From a virus: DNA of 64,000 nt. Under the pieces are notes generated by a model. The model ran no database searches. It saw only the letters and a program-made list of their open reading frames with translations, and was not told the origin of the DNA. The position numbers and the translations under genes are program-made. Positions 9,559-19,824 of this stretch are shown piece by piece (the stretch's first letter is position 1; each line of letters opens with the position of its first letter). The stretch covers positions 32,001-96,000 of the IMG/VR virus record IMGVR_UViG_3300032242_003148. One strand, 5' to 3'.

Positions 9559-11034
9559 TTACTTGAGTTGCTTTTTTTCGCCGGTATTATGCCAGTCGAT
9601 CTGTTCAACCCTGTCAACTTCGTGAATTGTCCAACCCTGTTCTTTATAGTATTGGATTCTTTTTTTAGCCATTCCATTTAATACAGGATCATGGTTATCC
9701 ATGAAATCAACCAGAACAAAGTGAGTTTTATCGGTTAATCCGAATTTTTCCTTTTGTTCTTGTGTTAATATTCTGCTTCCTCGAAGAGCCTCCTGAAGAA
9801 CCTCTACTTTTGATGAACCTCCCGCACCCTGTATAACAACGCGACAGTTCGGAATATCCACACCAGCACGAAAAGCGTCAGTAGCAATTAACCTTTGGAA
9901 TTCATTATTAGCGAATTCTGTGGCTGTGTCCCTCTGTTGCTTGTTTGTGAGTGCGAATGTACCAACGGATTTTTTGCTGCTCTCCCTGTGTAGATATTTT
10001 GTTCCTGGTGGGAGATATTTATACAATGGAATCAGGTGATCCTTTACATGGTCTACAAATATGATTGTCTGCCATCCTTCTGGGATGTTGTTGCAGACTT
10101 CTCCTATCATTTCGTGACGAACAACGCAGGATTTTATACCATGCTTTATTTTCGCCTCTATAGAGCTGTATAGGTTGAACTCGTAGTCCCTGGGCATGTT
10201 TAGCATATAAACAACCCCAGGAACAACGGCACCGGATTCCTCTGCATCCATATATGGAAAATATATGAGATCTTCACCAAACAGCCCTACCAATAGCTTG
10301 TCACTATTGTTAAACAAGCCGTCTGTGGTAGCACTAAAACCAAACATCCTTTTAGGTCGCAATATCTCCATGCAATTCTTGAAAGTAGGACTTCCTGTGG
10401 ATTGCATTTCGTCTACCAGAAGTAATTCACATTTTTCCAGGGAACAACTCTTCAGGCTCTTGAACGTGGTTATCGTGATATCATTGCTAATATCATGACT
10501 TCCATCGCCTACCAAGCCCACATGTTTCTCCGGGAAGAATATTTTAAACTTCTGATATGTTTGCCTGACTACCTCCTTTAGAGGAATTGCCAATATCGTG
10601 TTCAAGCCATTCCATGCAGCATAAGTGATAGCAGCAAGATGTGTCTTGCCAATACCACCTGCGGCATTAATAACGCCACTATCTTCCGCTCCCTTTAATA
10701 CAAGGTCTGCTACGAGCGGTATCTGATAGTCTCTTAACTTGAACTCTTTTATTCTATTCCAATCTATAGGAGGTAGCGGTGTGCGCAAATCCGTCACCTG
10801 ATAGGTATCGTGATTCTTGTGTATCATCACGGTAATCTGGTAGAAGAACCCAGGGAGGGTAAATGCATATCCGTCACTATCCACGGAGTAGAGCATCTTC
10901 TCAACGAAAACGCATTCTCTCTTGTAGTTAAATGACTGCATTTCCCTATGGTGGTACCTGAGATACTTCATTAGGTATGGCGGAATAGGTTTAAACCTAA
11001 GACCTCCATCGAATCTGGTGATTTCTATATGCAT
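9559..11034 (-). CDS. Superfamily 2 DNA helicase (UvsW/ResIII-like)
   Basis: Q motif LRDYQ, AAGGIGKT, VDEMQ, GFSAT, GVDIP, LQEALRGSR. Confidence 0.88.
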   Translation of the reverse strand: MHIEITRFDGGLRFKPIPPYLMKYLRYHHREMQSFNYKRECVFVEKMLYSVDSDGYAFTLPGFFYQITVMIHKNHDTYQVTDLRTPLPPIDWNRIKEFKLRDYQIPLVADLVLKGAEDSGVINAAGGIGKTHLAAITYAAWNGLNTILAIPLKEVVRQTYQKFKIFFPEKHVGLVGDGSHDISNDITITTFKSLKSCSLEKCELLLVDEMQSTGSPTFKNCMEILRPKRMFGFSATTDGLFNNSDKLLVGLFGEDLIYFPYMDAEESGAVVPGVVYMLNMPRDYEFNLYSSIEAKIKHGIKSCVVRHEMIGEVCNNIPEGWQTIIFVDHVKDHLIPLYKYLPPGTKYLHRESSKKSVGTFALTNKQQRDTATEFANNEFQRLIATDAFRAGVDIPNCRVVIQGAGGSSKVEVLQEALRGSRILTQEQKEKFGLTDKTHFVLVDFMDNHDPVLNGMAKKRIQYYKEQGWTIHEVDRVEQIDWHNTGEKKQLK

Positions 11035-11035
11035 T

Positions 11036-11227
11036 CTAGTCTTCTATTAGGTCTTTGAGAAAGTTCTCCACTATAGGGTAGAGTAGAACTCCTCCTAAGC
11101 CACCTATAATGAAGTTAATCCAAGGCTTGTCCAATATAAAACTAATAATGATAGCCAAGAACATACAAGTTCTCCAAACAGGACTTAAACTATAAGATTT
11201 AAGCTTTTGGATTTCTTGATCGTCCAT
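11036..11227 (-). CDS. Small membrane protein
   Basis: 63 aa with two hydrophobic segments. Confidence 0.55.
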   Translation of the reverse strand: MDDQEIQKLKSYSLSPVWRTCMFLAIIISFILDKPWINFIIGGLGGVLLYPIVENFLKDLIED

Positions 11228-11408
11228 TATTATTTTTAGGTGGTCTGTTATAAGTCTTTTGTTTCTTTAGCACCCGTTCGGAGGCAGAAGAGGCAATATC
11301 TGTTAGTGTCTCACTCTTATCCTTACCTAATGCCGCACTAGCTATGGACAGTAATGAAATACCAATAGATATTAAGTTTTGTTTAAGCTCATTTTTATCT
11401 TCGCTCAT
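11199..11408 (-). CDS. Hypothetical protein
   Basis: 69 aa, ATGA overlap with the SbcC-like stop. Confidence 0.55.
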   Translation of the reverse strand: MSEDKNELKQNLISIGISLLSIASAALGKDKSETLTDIASSASERVLKKQKTYNRPPKNNNGRSRNPKA

Positions 11409-13462
11409 AATTTAATTGTGTTGTCGACCACATCAGAGAGATCCTCGTCGTGATCGATAATTATTATTTGTTTCAGTTTGCTCATGTTCTTCATATTCTT
11501 GATGACTTCGAAATAGTTTTTCTTGCTCTCTTGGGAGAGGTGCACAGAACCCTCATCGAATATCATCATAGGAAATGCTTCACCGAACATACTGTGTAGG
11601 GCAAGCCTCAATGCTACGCCAACCATTATCTCCTGACCTCCAGACACACACGGCAGTTTTCTACCCTGGTAATCAAATACATCTATACCAAAGCTATCAT
11701 TAACCTCTGCCCTATAGGGGAAGTTAAATTGCCTTAGATTTTCTGATAAGTACTCTGATACCGTGGAGCTGTATGTCTGTATTAGCTTTCTAGGAAACTG
11801 AGAAGTCGCCAGCATTTCATAGATTTCGTTAAGTATATTAACATACTTATTTCTAACCTTGTTCTGCTCTTTGGTTCTATTGTTCCTGTCTAGCTCCTCT
11901 TGCTTGAGTGTTAGTAGATTATTATATCCAGACAGCTCATTTTGTTTTAATTTCTGTTTTTCCTGATCTTCTTTTATATTTTTAATCCTACTGGCGATAT
12001 ATTCCTCCTCTACCTCTATAGTGATCTTGGCATAGTCGTAAGTTGTGAGAGTTATATTACTCATGTTCTGTGCCATTAGATTATCTTCTACACCATTTAA
12101 GGCAGCCACCAGAGTCTTTCTAGACTCAACGAAACTGCTATATTGAGAAACCACCGCAGAATAAATCTCGTAATCATTCTGGTCGAAAGAAATATCCTTT
12201 ATAGGATCTAGTCCGGCCAGAACTTTAACATTGTCGCTATTCCAGTTATCAAAAGTAACTTTCCTATATTCAATATCTGAGATACTAGACGTTACTTCTG
12301 ATAACTCTTTCTGAGCGGCTACTATTTTAGACTGTAGCTCTTCAACCTTTTTGGATACATGGGATATATACTCCCCTATATCTTTGAGGGTTGAACCGCA
12401 ATGAGGACAGTTATCAACATCTACTAAACCTTTTTCTTTGTATGTTTGAATAGTTTGATTTGATTCGTTGTACTCTTTAGATAAGTTATCATACCCAGCT
12501 TGCAGTAACCCCTTGTGGCTGTGTAAATACTCCAGCTCTGAAATATCTTCAACCGTAGGTTCTGCTGGTTTTTTACTTTGTAGTTCGGCTAATTGTTTTT
12601 CAAACGAGGTTTTTTTCTCGTATAGAGGACGACTCAGCTTTAGTTTCTCTAGGGATGAGGTTATTTCTGCGATATCCACAGTAGCCAATTTTGAATCTAT
12701 CTTGGTTATTTCACCTTTAATTTCTTCTTTTCTAGCTTCTAGTGCAGCTATTCTATCTGCTATTTCTATTCTCTTGGATTCTGCTGCCCTGCAAGAAACA
12801 AGATAGTTTGATCTAGAAATTAGGTCAGCATAAGTATCAGACAAATCTGGTGGAAATTTAGCCAGTTCTATTTGCGCAGTATCACGCATTTTTTTTATAT
12901 CCTCTATTTCAGAGATATACTGATTCTCATCTAGCAATGGGTATTCAGGTGGCGCGGTTTTGATATATTTATTCCATATAACATCCCTTACCTTTGTGGT
13001 GTTAGGGACGAGAAATATCTTTTGGAATATCTTTTCTTTTGTACTGTTATCACCAGAGAATAGAAGAGCTATGTCTCCCTGCTTGGCCACAACAATATTT
13101 TTAAAGATATTCTTGTCTATCTGAAACAGCTTATCCCAAATCTCTGCTACCTCACCTGATTTCTTGTATGTAATTCCATCATACTTGAATGCCACCTTAG
13201 AAGTGTCTAAGTGACGCTCTAGTACTGCCTCTTTGCCATTTATGTCTATGTGACCTATAACATATCCAGATTCCTCACCAACTGAAAGCATATCGGCTTT
13301 AAACCCATAGCCCTCACCAGTGAAGAGGAATATTATAGCCTCCACAATACTAGACTTGCCTGCACCATTAGTGCCAACAATTCCAGTAATACCCTGCTGG
13401 AAATTAATTTCCAGCTTACGGTGTGTTCTAAAGTTCTTTAGGTTTAATTTTTTAAGTTCCAT
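11405..13462 (-). CDS. sbcC: Rad50/SbcC/gp46-like SMC ATPase
   Basis: LKNFRTH, Walker A GTNGAGKSS, Q-loop KQGD, coiled coils with CPHC zinc hook, signature VSGGQ, Walker B FDEG, H-loop IDH. Confidence 0.92.
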   Translation of the reverse strand: MELKKLNLKNFRTHRKLEINFQQGITGIVGTNGAGKSSIVEAIIFLFTGEGYGFKADMLSVGEESGYVIGHIDINGKEAVLERHLDTSKVAFKYDGITYKKSGEVAEIWDKLFQIDKNIFKNIVVAKQGDIALLFSGDNSTKEKIFQKIFLVPNTTKVRDVIWNKYIKTAPPEYPLLDENQYISEIEDIKKMRDTAQIELAKFPPDLSDTYADLISRSNYLVSCRAAESKRIEIADRIAALEARKEEIKGEITKIDSKLATVDIAEITSSLEKLKLSRPLYEKKTSFEKQLAELQSKKPAEPTVEDISELEYLHSHKGLLQAGYDNLSKEYNESNQTIQTYKEKGLVDVDNCPHCGSTLKDIGEYISHVSKKVEELQSKIVAAQKELSEVTSSISDIEYRKVTFDNWNSDNVKVLAGLDPIKDISFDQNDYEIYSAVVSQYSSFVESRKTLVAALNGVEDNLMAQNMSNITLTTYDYAKITIEVEEEYIASRIKNIKEDQEKQKLKQNELSGYNNLLTLKQEELDRNNRTKEQNKVRNKYVNILNEIYEMLATSQFPRKLIQTYSSTVSEYLSENLRQFNFPYRAEVNDSFGIDVFDYQGRKLPCVSGGQEIMVGVALRLALHSMFGEAFPMMIFDEGSVHLSQESKKNYFEVIKNMKNMSKLKQIIIIDHDEDLSDVVDNTIKL

Positions 13463-13998
13463 TAGGTTAATTCTTCTTCATCTAATCTATTGCTAGCTTT
13501 AGCGTGATCAGGGCATAGTGTTCTATACCAGCCTCCTGTATACGTTTTTCCAGGCTTACCACATTCTTCACAGGTTCTGCCTGATAGATATTCTGTATAG
13601 GTTTCGTATGCCCTTATGGTTGTCCATACTTCCGTGAATACTTCTTCTATAGATTCTTCATCAAACATGTGATGATTCTCAGGCTCTTCTGCGTGAGTTA
13701 TACTATGATAAAGGCAGAGAGTGCCAAACTTTTCTTTTATTTGAAAGAATTTCAGAGAGGGAGAGGGATAAGGAGCACACACGTTATCACCATTATGATA
13801 CTCTGGTTTGAGTTTTACATAACGGCGATTAGGTTTGAGTGCATGCTTAGCCAGCCTACAGAATGTGTCTATAAGCTCATACCATCCATCCCCACACTCA
13901 CAGCCAAAGGCCATGAGGTTTTGCGTGAGTGGTTCATTTCTGCCCACAAAGAAATCAGGATAAGCCTCTACTAGCTTTTGTTCTAGTTCAGCGTTCAT
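13462..13998 (-). CDS. Conserved phage hypothetical protein with C-terminal Zn finger
   Basis: CGDGWYEL, QIKEKFGTL, TCEECGKPG...TLC pattern typical of a widespread phage family. Confidence 0.7.
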   Translation of the reverse strand: MNAELEQKLVEAYPDFFVGRNEPLTQNLMAFGCECGDGWYELIDTFCRLAKHALKPNRRYVKLKPEYHNGDNVCAPYPSPSLKFFQIKEKFGTLCLYHSITHAEEPENHHMFDEESIEEVFTEVWTTIRAYETYTEYLSGRTCEECGKPGKTYTGGWYRTLCPDHAKASNRLDEEELT

Positions 13999-14324
13999 TT
14001 CTTTTCTTCACCATCTTTTGTGGTTTCCTCATTTTCAAGGCGGTCTAATCCGGCCTTGAGCATATCCACAATTACATTATTAGCACTAACATCCCTGTCA
14101 CAGGATTCAGCTATAATATTTTCTAGGATCTCACGAGGGAGTTCAGAGAAGTCCACCTCTAGTTTAACATATGGCTTCATAAGCACATGTCCATCAGGAG
14201 TTAACTCAACACTGAAATTTTGCCCAGCCTCTAAGCCAAGTTGATCAACCTCCTCTTCTGTGAATTGGATATATACATCTTTGCTGGGCAGGATCTTTTT
14301 AGTTAATGTTGTTGATTCGTCCAT
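13995..14324 (-). CDS. AbrB/MazE-like DNA-binding protein
   Basis: VYIQFTEEEVDQLGLEAGQNFSVE...GHVLMKP swapped-hairpin pattern. Confidence 0.55.
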   Translation of the reverse strand: MDESTTLTKKILPSKDVYIQFTEEEVDQLGLEAGQNFSVELTPDGHVLMKPYVKLEVDFSELPREILENIIAESCDRDVSANNVIVDMLKAGLDRLENEETTKDGEEKK

Positions 14325-14325
14325 A

Positions 14326-15429
14326 TTATTTTGGTTGTTGTAGTAAAATTTCGTTCTTCAGACTATCCAGAACTTTCGCCGTGTCATCCTCTGTTAGTAA
14401 TTTTACTGCTGTGTTATATATGATATCGCTATCATCTTTACCGTTTGTGAGTTCGTGAAGAACATTAAATATACGATCTGCGGTTTTAAGCTCAGACCTT
14501 ATGTTGATATGTTCTTCCTGATTATTTTTATCTAGTTTTACTCTAGTGAATTTAACCATGCCAATCTTGTACAAGAACTGGAGCTTGTCTAGTTGGTCTG
14601 ATACCTCATGGGTATATTTACAAAGAAACACAGGTTTATTCTCACTCATCACATATTCTGCATATAGGGACGGAGAGAAGTTATCTATGTTATCTTTTGT
14701 AATATTCAAGGTAACAAACTTCCTAGGTAGCTGGTACTCAACTATTTCTAACTTATCGCCATTCCAATAGTACATGCCGTCCTTCTCTGTTTCATCAGCT
14801 GCTGTGACTCCTAGACTTCCGCAATAACCTACAAAGATTTTACGGTCACACACAGGGTCGTGATACCACATCTCTAGACGTTTATGAATATCTCCAAGGA
14901 ATATAGCCTGTATTGATCCGCATTGATTAGAGAAGTCTATATCCTTTATAGATACTTTTTTCTTCTCTGATATAAAGTGAAATAACTCAGGAACCTGCTG
15001 GTGCAGGAAAATAAACTTAACAGAGTTTGCTGGTCTGCTGTTTAATTCCATATTCAACAGGTCTATAACATGTTGAGGGTTATCATTATAATCTATTCCA
15101 ACGAACTCATTTTCTGTGTTAATAGGATCAAATCCTGCGATTTTTTCCCAAGTAACACCATCCACAGGTTTGCTGTGATCTCCAGCAATACCCAATGGAA
15201 TTATGTTTGCCCTGCGAAGCCTTCTAAGCTCTCCAGACACGAAGTCTATTGTCTCTGAAGACGGCTTGTTGTTGTCGAACAAGTCACCAATGCTAACAAG
15301 GTAGTCCACACCCAGCTCTATGGCTGTGTCTATGGCCTTTGTGAACACTACCCTACAATCATTTTCTAGCTCTGGGAAGTTGTATAATTTGCTACCCAGA
15401 TGTTCATCGGATATTGCTAAGAATTTCAT
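14326..15429 (-). CDS. sbcD: Mre11/SbcD/gp47-like metallophosphoesterase nuclease
   Basis: SDEHLG, GDLFD, AGDH, FLHQ, LGDIH, YCGS motifs. Near the SbcC-like gene. Confidence 0.88.
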   Translation of the reverse strand: MKFLAISDEHLGSKLYNFPELENDCRVVFTKAIDTAIELGVDYLVSIGDLFDNNKPSSETIDFVSGELRRLRRANIIPLGIAGDHSKPVDGVTWEKIAGFDPINTENEFVGIDYNDNPQHVIDLLNMELNSRPANSVKFIFLHQQVPELFHFISEKKKVSIKDIDFSNQCGSIQAIFLGDIHKRLEMWYHDPVCDRKIFVGYCGSLGVTAADETEKDGMYYWNGDKLEIVEYQLPRKFVTLNITKDNIDNFSPSLYAEYVMSENKPVFLCKYTHEVSDQLDKLQFLYKIGMVKFTRVKLDKNNQEEHINIRSELKTADRIFNVLHELTNGKDDSDIIYNTAVKLLTEDDTAKVLDSLKNEILLQQPK

Positions 15430-15827
15430 ACTTCTAGTTTTCTGTGTTGTTCTGTGAATACCACTTTAGGGGTTTCACTGATTGTGCCTGCGTTATAACC
15501 ATCCACGTATTCTTTCGTGTAGTCAAGTAGATGTGATAATCCCGTGAGATTATCTCCATCCTGTACAAATGCGTAGCCTCCATCAGAATTTTCACCACTT
15601 GACCTGTTTTCTACAGCAAGTTCGTAAATGTCTAAGGCTAATGAATCAGCCATCCAGACTGCAGCTATTTCTGCCTTACTGTACTTTCCAGTTTTGGTGT
15701 GGAATAGATTTTCAAATACATAGTACATGTTATTGCTATTCTTTACCAATTCTATGGCCATCACCTCAGTTATATTGCCTGCATGTATTTCCGCTTTTTT
15801 AAGAAAGCAGGTTTTGATTCTTTCCAT
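15426..15827 (-). CDS. Hypothetical protein
   Basis: 133 aa ORF in the operon. Confidence 0.65.
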   Translation of the reverse strand: MERIKTCFLKKAEIHAGNITEVMAIELVKNSNNMYYVFENLFHTKTGKYSKAEIAAVWMADSLALDIYELAVENRSSGENSDGGYAFVQDGDNLTGLSHLLDYTKEYVDGYNAGTISETPKVVFTEQHRKLEV

Positions 15828-16071
15828 AGTCTTCCTCTATTTTTGTGTTTAGATAATCTCGTTCTATCTCTATAAGTTTATCTCTAAACTCATGTACGCC
15901 TATGATGTTTCCATCTAGGTCCACTGCTTGCCATTTTTGAATTCTTGGATTGAACTCAATGTTAGAGACCCGCTGAACCGCCCTCCTACCGAGGGCAGCC
16001 AGCTTGTCGAATAGATTATCAGAAAGACCCGAAAGATTACCTTCCTTGTCGATATAGATAACGCTTCTCAT
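15799..16071 (-). CDS. Small conserved protein of AAA/DUF1257/DUF2997 clusters
   Basis: IYIDKEGNL...LGRRAVQRVSNIEF...WQA pattern, plus gene context. Confidence 0.6.
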   Translation of the reverse strand: MRSVIYIDKEGNLSGLSDNLFDKLAALGRRAVQRVSNIEFNPRIQKWQAVDLDGNIIGVHEFRDKLIEIERDYLNTKIEEDYGKNQNLLS

Positions 16072-16265
16072 AACTCTATAGTATTACCGCCGTTTTCAAT
16101 GGGTTTGTTATATTCTTCGGTCATCTCTCTGGTGCTCTCCTCAGCACCGCCAAGACGATCCTCTATGAGTTTAGTTGCCTCAAGACAACCAGAACCATAG
16201 CCTTCTACCTTGTCCACTTTCACATTCCCATCGCTATCAATGATGAATGTGATACTCTTAGACAT
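16068..16265 (-). CDS. DUF2997-family protein
   Basis: ITFIIDSDGNVKVDKVEGYGSGCLEATKLIEDRLG...TEEY. Start re-assigned to the ATG at 16265. Confidence 0.75.
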   Translation of the reverse strand: MSKSITFIIDSDGNVKVDKVEGYGSGCLEATKLIEDRLGGAEESTREMTEEYNKPIENGGNTIEL

Positions 16266-16521
16266 ATTGCATTGTGTTTCTGAGGAACCGTCCCAGCTTA
16301 TCATGCTGGAAACGGATGTTTACTGTGTGGAGTTTTTCTCCTGGGCAATAAACCACATATGTTACCTTTGCCCTTGCCCACCCGTGTGACCTCTCCGGGA
16401 TCAGGCTATAGTTGTGAACATACACCCTTGCTGGTGGGTATGGCTGACACTCCTGGTAGAGTGTTTCCACGATGGATCTTTCTAGCTGCTGCTTGATGGA
16501 GTCAAATTCTTGGTTAGTCAT
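16258..16521 (-). CDS. Hypothetical protein
   Basis: 87 aa ORF in the operon. Confidence 0.6.
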   Translation of the reverse strand: MTNQEFDSIKQQLERSIVETLYQECQPYPPARVYVHNYSLIPERSHGWARAKVTYVVYCPGEKLHTVNIRFQHDKLGRFLRNTMQYV

Positions 16522-16531
16522 ATATGCGTAT

Positions 16532-16921
16532 TTATTTGGTTGCGATTATTTTTAGTTCTCCTGACTTTAGGGTCTCTACCTGGTAGTTGAGATCCTCCTC
16601 ATTCATAAACTGCTTTAATTCAGTTAACGAATAATTCTGCTTAACATTCTTCAAGTTCTGTCCTAGCTGTCTAGCTATAGAGCTATCAAAGAAGTCGCAG
16701 GTGAATGTTGCCTCACCATCGCTATTTATATCAATTCCCACATCATATCCGCGAGGAGATGGATTTAATGCTACGTATTGATGAACAATGTTTCTACTGG
16801 GATCAGAGGGATACGTTGTGCATTTCTGATTCTCGACAATTTTCCATCCGAGATTTTCAAAAGTACTCAAAAGTAATCTCTTGTTTTTAAACTTTGTTTT
16901 GATTTTTACTGAGTGGCTCAT
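16532..16921 (-). CDS. DUF1257 / Ycf35-like protein
   Basis: MSHSVKIKTKFKN..LL..F..LGW, YDVGI, CDFF, LKNVKQNY, GELKI pattern. Confidence 0.75.
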   Translation of the reverse strand: MSHSVKIKTKFKNKRLLLSTFENLGWKIVENQKCTTYPSDPSRNIVHQYVALNPSPRGYDVGIDINSDGEATFTCDFFDSSIARQLGQNLKNVKQNYSLTELKQFMNEEDLNYQVETLKSGELKIIATK

Positions 16922-17247
16922 TGTGTTATTAGTATTTGTATAACGTCATTTGTTTTTGCCGGCTGAACGCTAAGTCGCGTTATTTTCTTCTTTTTGAACC
17001 CCTGGTGTTCCAATGCGTCATTGAGTTCATATTCTATGGCTTCCTTGAATTCTCCGTGCGAGAGTTCTATGTTTTCTTTTTTATGCGATACAATGATATC
17101 AGTTTGAGTAATTCCTATTATTACTCCGTTGATTACCTCGCAACACGGAACTATCAAGCTAAAGGTACCCTCTGGATCCCCCCTAAAGGAGATCCAGAGC
17201 ATATCAAAAGAGGGAATATTCATTACTGTTTCTTCTCCCTCGTACAT
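16918..17247 (-). CDS. Hypothetical protein
   Basis: Start re-assigned to the ATG at 17247 (TAATATG junction). Confidence 0.6.
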   Translation of the reverse strand: MYEGEETVMNIPSFDMLWISFRGDPEGTFSLIVPCCEVINGVIIGITQTDIIVSHKKENIELSHGEFKEAIEYELNDALEHQGFKKKKITRLSVQPAKTNDVIQILITQ

Positions 17248-17248
17248 A

Positions 17249-18253
17249 TTATACCTCAAGCTTACGGAAGTATTCCCCAGAGATATTGGCCACATCGGTC
17301 ATACTCTTGGCTTCCGAGATAACATTGGTTAACACTCCCTGCAGTTCTTTGACTGCGTCCTTGTCCTTAGCAAAGTCTGTTTCTCCTTTAAGGAGCTTTT
17401 CGACCTTGCTAAGCTCTGCCTCTATGGTCTTATCTTCTATGAAGTTAAGATCACGGAACTCGTTGATGTGTTTCATGAGTGTTTTGATGCTGGTCTCGGA
17501 AACAACCTCTTTCTTTGAGATTTTACCAAGTACAACAGAGCAATGTTCAACCACCTTGCTACGCAGGGTGTTGATAACATCGCCAACGAACTCGTTGATT
17601 TTACCCATGTGAGTATCCAACTGGTTCTTGTACTCCTGCTTGTACTGACGCGCAGCTGCAAGTTTAGCTTCACCAGCAGCCTGCTCACGATTGATTTCAG
17701 TATGAATATCAATGTCAGCAAACTCAGTAGGCAGTTTAACCTCGAAGGATACAATTTCGAATGAGAACTTGCTCTTCACGTTTTCAACGCTAGGATATAG
17801 ATATTCCATATCATCAACATTGATCTGGTCTGCAAACTGCTTGTAGTACTCTATAGCCTCCTCCTTGTAGGTTGGATACTTCTCGATAAACTCATCACGC
17901 ATTTGGATGAACGCTTCTTTATACTCATTCAGCTTCTGATAGACCTCTACATACCTTGCCTTAGGGACAAAGTGTGCTTGAGGAACCAGTGGAAACTGGA
18001 ATGAGTTGGCGTACAAGTAGTTACGGGCCTTGGCCTGTAGACTGCGGAACAGGTTATGTACCGCAGGCTTGATAAGCATTTTCTTGCCGAGCTGAATAAC
18101 CTCAGGAAGTTTGTTATCTAATTTGATATCTTCTTCCGTGAGGCTGTAGCTCATTCCCCACATTGCTATGTGTACATTCACAAGCTTTCCATCTTGGAAT
18201 ACCTTGTCGTAGTACTGCTGCAGTGTGTCTGATATTTTGTGTTCTCTTTCCAT
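17249..18253 (-). CDS. DUF3150-like protein
   Basis: LVNVHIAMWG...LTEED, LGKKMLI, HFVP, YPSVENVKSKFSF, then a helical C-terminus. Directly downstream of the AAA ATPase. Confidence 0.7.
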   Translation of the reverse strand: MEREHKISDTLQQYYDKVFQDGKLVNVHIAMWGMSYSLTEEDIKLDNKLPEVIQLGKKMLIKPAVHNLFRSLQAKARNYLYANSFQFPLVPQAHFVPKARYVEVYQKLNEYKEAFIQMRDEFIEKYPTYKEEAIEYYKQFADQINVDDMEYLYPSVENVKSKFSFEIVSFEVKLPTEFADIDIHTEINREQAAGEAKLAAARQYKQEYKNQLDTHMGKINEFVGDVINTLRSKVVEHCSVVLGKISKKEVVSETSIKTLMKHINEFRDLNFIEDKTIEAELSKVEKLLKGETDFAKDKDAVKELQGVLTNVISEAKSMTDVANISGEYFRKLEV

Positions 18254-18254
18254 A

Positions 18255-19823
18255 TTATTCCATTGAGATGCTAAGCTTTCGCATAGCGGTTTCTATTGTT
18301 TGGGTTTCGCCCTGATCGTTAAGCATGACTAGCTTGCCGCGGGCTTGTTTACGCATGGTCTGAAGATCTTCCTCGTGCGAATGGGCAAAAGGAATAAACT
18401 CATCCAACTCTGCTAATACATCCTTATCGGATATTTCTTTACCAACATCAAATGCCCTGAACAATGCAGATTTAACCACATCTTCAATCTCAGCACCTGT
18501 GAATTCATCTGATTCAACAACAAATTTCTTTAGATCGAAATCTGAGGGATTGCGGCCATATTTCTTCAATACTACATTGAAGATTTCACGACGTTCTTCA
18601 TCGCTAGGTAGATCAACCCAGAATAACTGGTCAAACCTACCCTTACGAATAAGAGGTGTTGGTAGTATGGTATGATCATTAGAGGTTGCCACAATAAAGG
18701 CAGGATTAGTCCTGTCATTGAGCCAGCCAAGGAACGTACCAAAAATACGAGAGCTAACACCCGTATCCCCCTTACCTGAAACTGCGTCCTTACTAAGACT
18801 CTTTTCAATCTCATCAATAAGGATTACGCATTTACCAATGCTCTCTATAACCTTGATTGCTTCTCGCATGTTACGCTCACTATTACCAACATGAGAATCA
18901 AAGATAGACCCCATGTCGAATTGGAACAATGGGCAGTCAAACTCCTTGGCAATAGATTTACTCACTAGAGTCTTACCCACACCAGGCACAGAGGCCAGCA
19001 ATATACCCTTTGGTAGAGGCAGCTTATAGTCTCTTGCATCCTGTGAATACGCCTTTTTCCTAGAGCGAATCCAACGTTTTAGGCCGTTAAGCCCACCCAC
19101 ATTATCAAACGATATATCAGATGGGATATAGGTTAGCAGTCCATTTTTCTTCAGCTGCTGAATCTTCTCATCGAATACCGTACCCACAAATGGCTGTTCA
19201 AAGCTCTTCGTGGTGGTGTATGCCATAGCAAAAGCATTCTCAATTTCACCAAAGGTCATACCCTTGGCTGCTTCTACTGCCGCTTCTTTGATTTCTTCAG
19301 GAACCACTAGGGCGTCCATTTTATTGTCCTCCCGGGCCTTGTTAACAGAATCAATAATAAATGCTAGACGCTCCTCTATGCTCTTTGCACCAGGGAGATC
19401 GTAGTCTATCAACTGAATCTCTTTTTCCATTTCCGCAGGTATTGCGAATTTATGGCCAACAAGAACCAACATGTTACCCTTGGTCTTTAGAATATTCCAA
19501 AGGTTCCTGAGCAGGCGGATGTTAATCACCTTGTCGAAGTGAAGGTGGAAGTCTTTTAGGATAAAGATATTATCCTCTTCTCTGTAGCTCTGTAGATACT
19601 TGAGAAGCTCTGTGCTGTTATTTAGCCCTTCTGGGTGAATTTGATTTGTATCTTTAAGATTAACCAATCCACGTTGGGCATCCCAGGTGTGTATCTTTGT
19701 TACCTCATCCGTGGAGAATAGCTCCAGGATATCTTTTACTACCCTCTCCTCCTCATGGGTTAGGATGAACAGGCTAGGATAGTGTGCTTTGTAATAGTTT
19801 TTGAATTTTTGTGTGAATTCCAT
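18255..19823 (-). CDS. Ycf46-like AAA+ ATPase (degenerate N-terminal AAA plus active AAA)
   Basis: AHYP...THEEER, ILKDFH, VGGLNGLKRW, Walker A VPGVGKT, Walker B LIDEIEK, ATSN, RKGRFD, FTGAEIE. Confidence 0.88.
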   Translation of the reverse strand: MEFTQKFKNYYKAHYPSLFILTHEEERVVKDILELFSTDEVTKIHTWDAQRGLVNLKDTNQIHPEGLNNSTELLKYLQSYREEDNIFILKDFHLHFDKVINIRLLRNLWNILKTKGNMLVLVGHKFAIPAEMEKEIQLIDYDLPGAKSIEERLAFIIDSVNKAREDNKMDALVVPEEIKEAAVEAAKGMTFGEIENAFAMAYTTTKSFEQPFVGTVFDEKIQQLKKNGLLTYIPSDISFDNVGGLNGLKRWIRSRKKAYSQDARDYKLPLPKGILLASVPGVGKTLVSKSIAKEFDCPLFQFDMGSIFDSHVGNSERNMREAIKVIESIGKCVILIDEIEKSLSKDAVSGKGDTGVSSRIFGTFLGWLNDRTNPAFIVATSNDHTILPTPLIRKGRFDQLFWVDLPSDEERREIFNVVLKKYGRNPSDFDLKKFVVESDEFTGAEIEDVVKSALFRAFDVGKEISDKDVLAELDEFIPFAHSHEEDLQTMRKQARGKLVMLNDQGETQTIETAMRKLSISME

Positions 19824-19824
19824 T

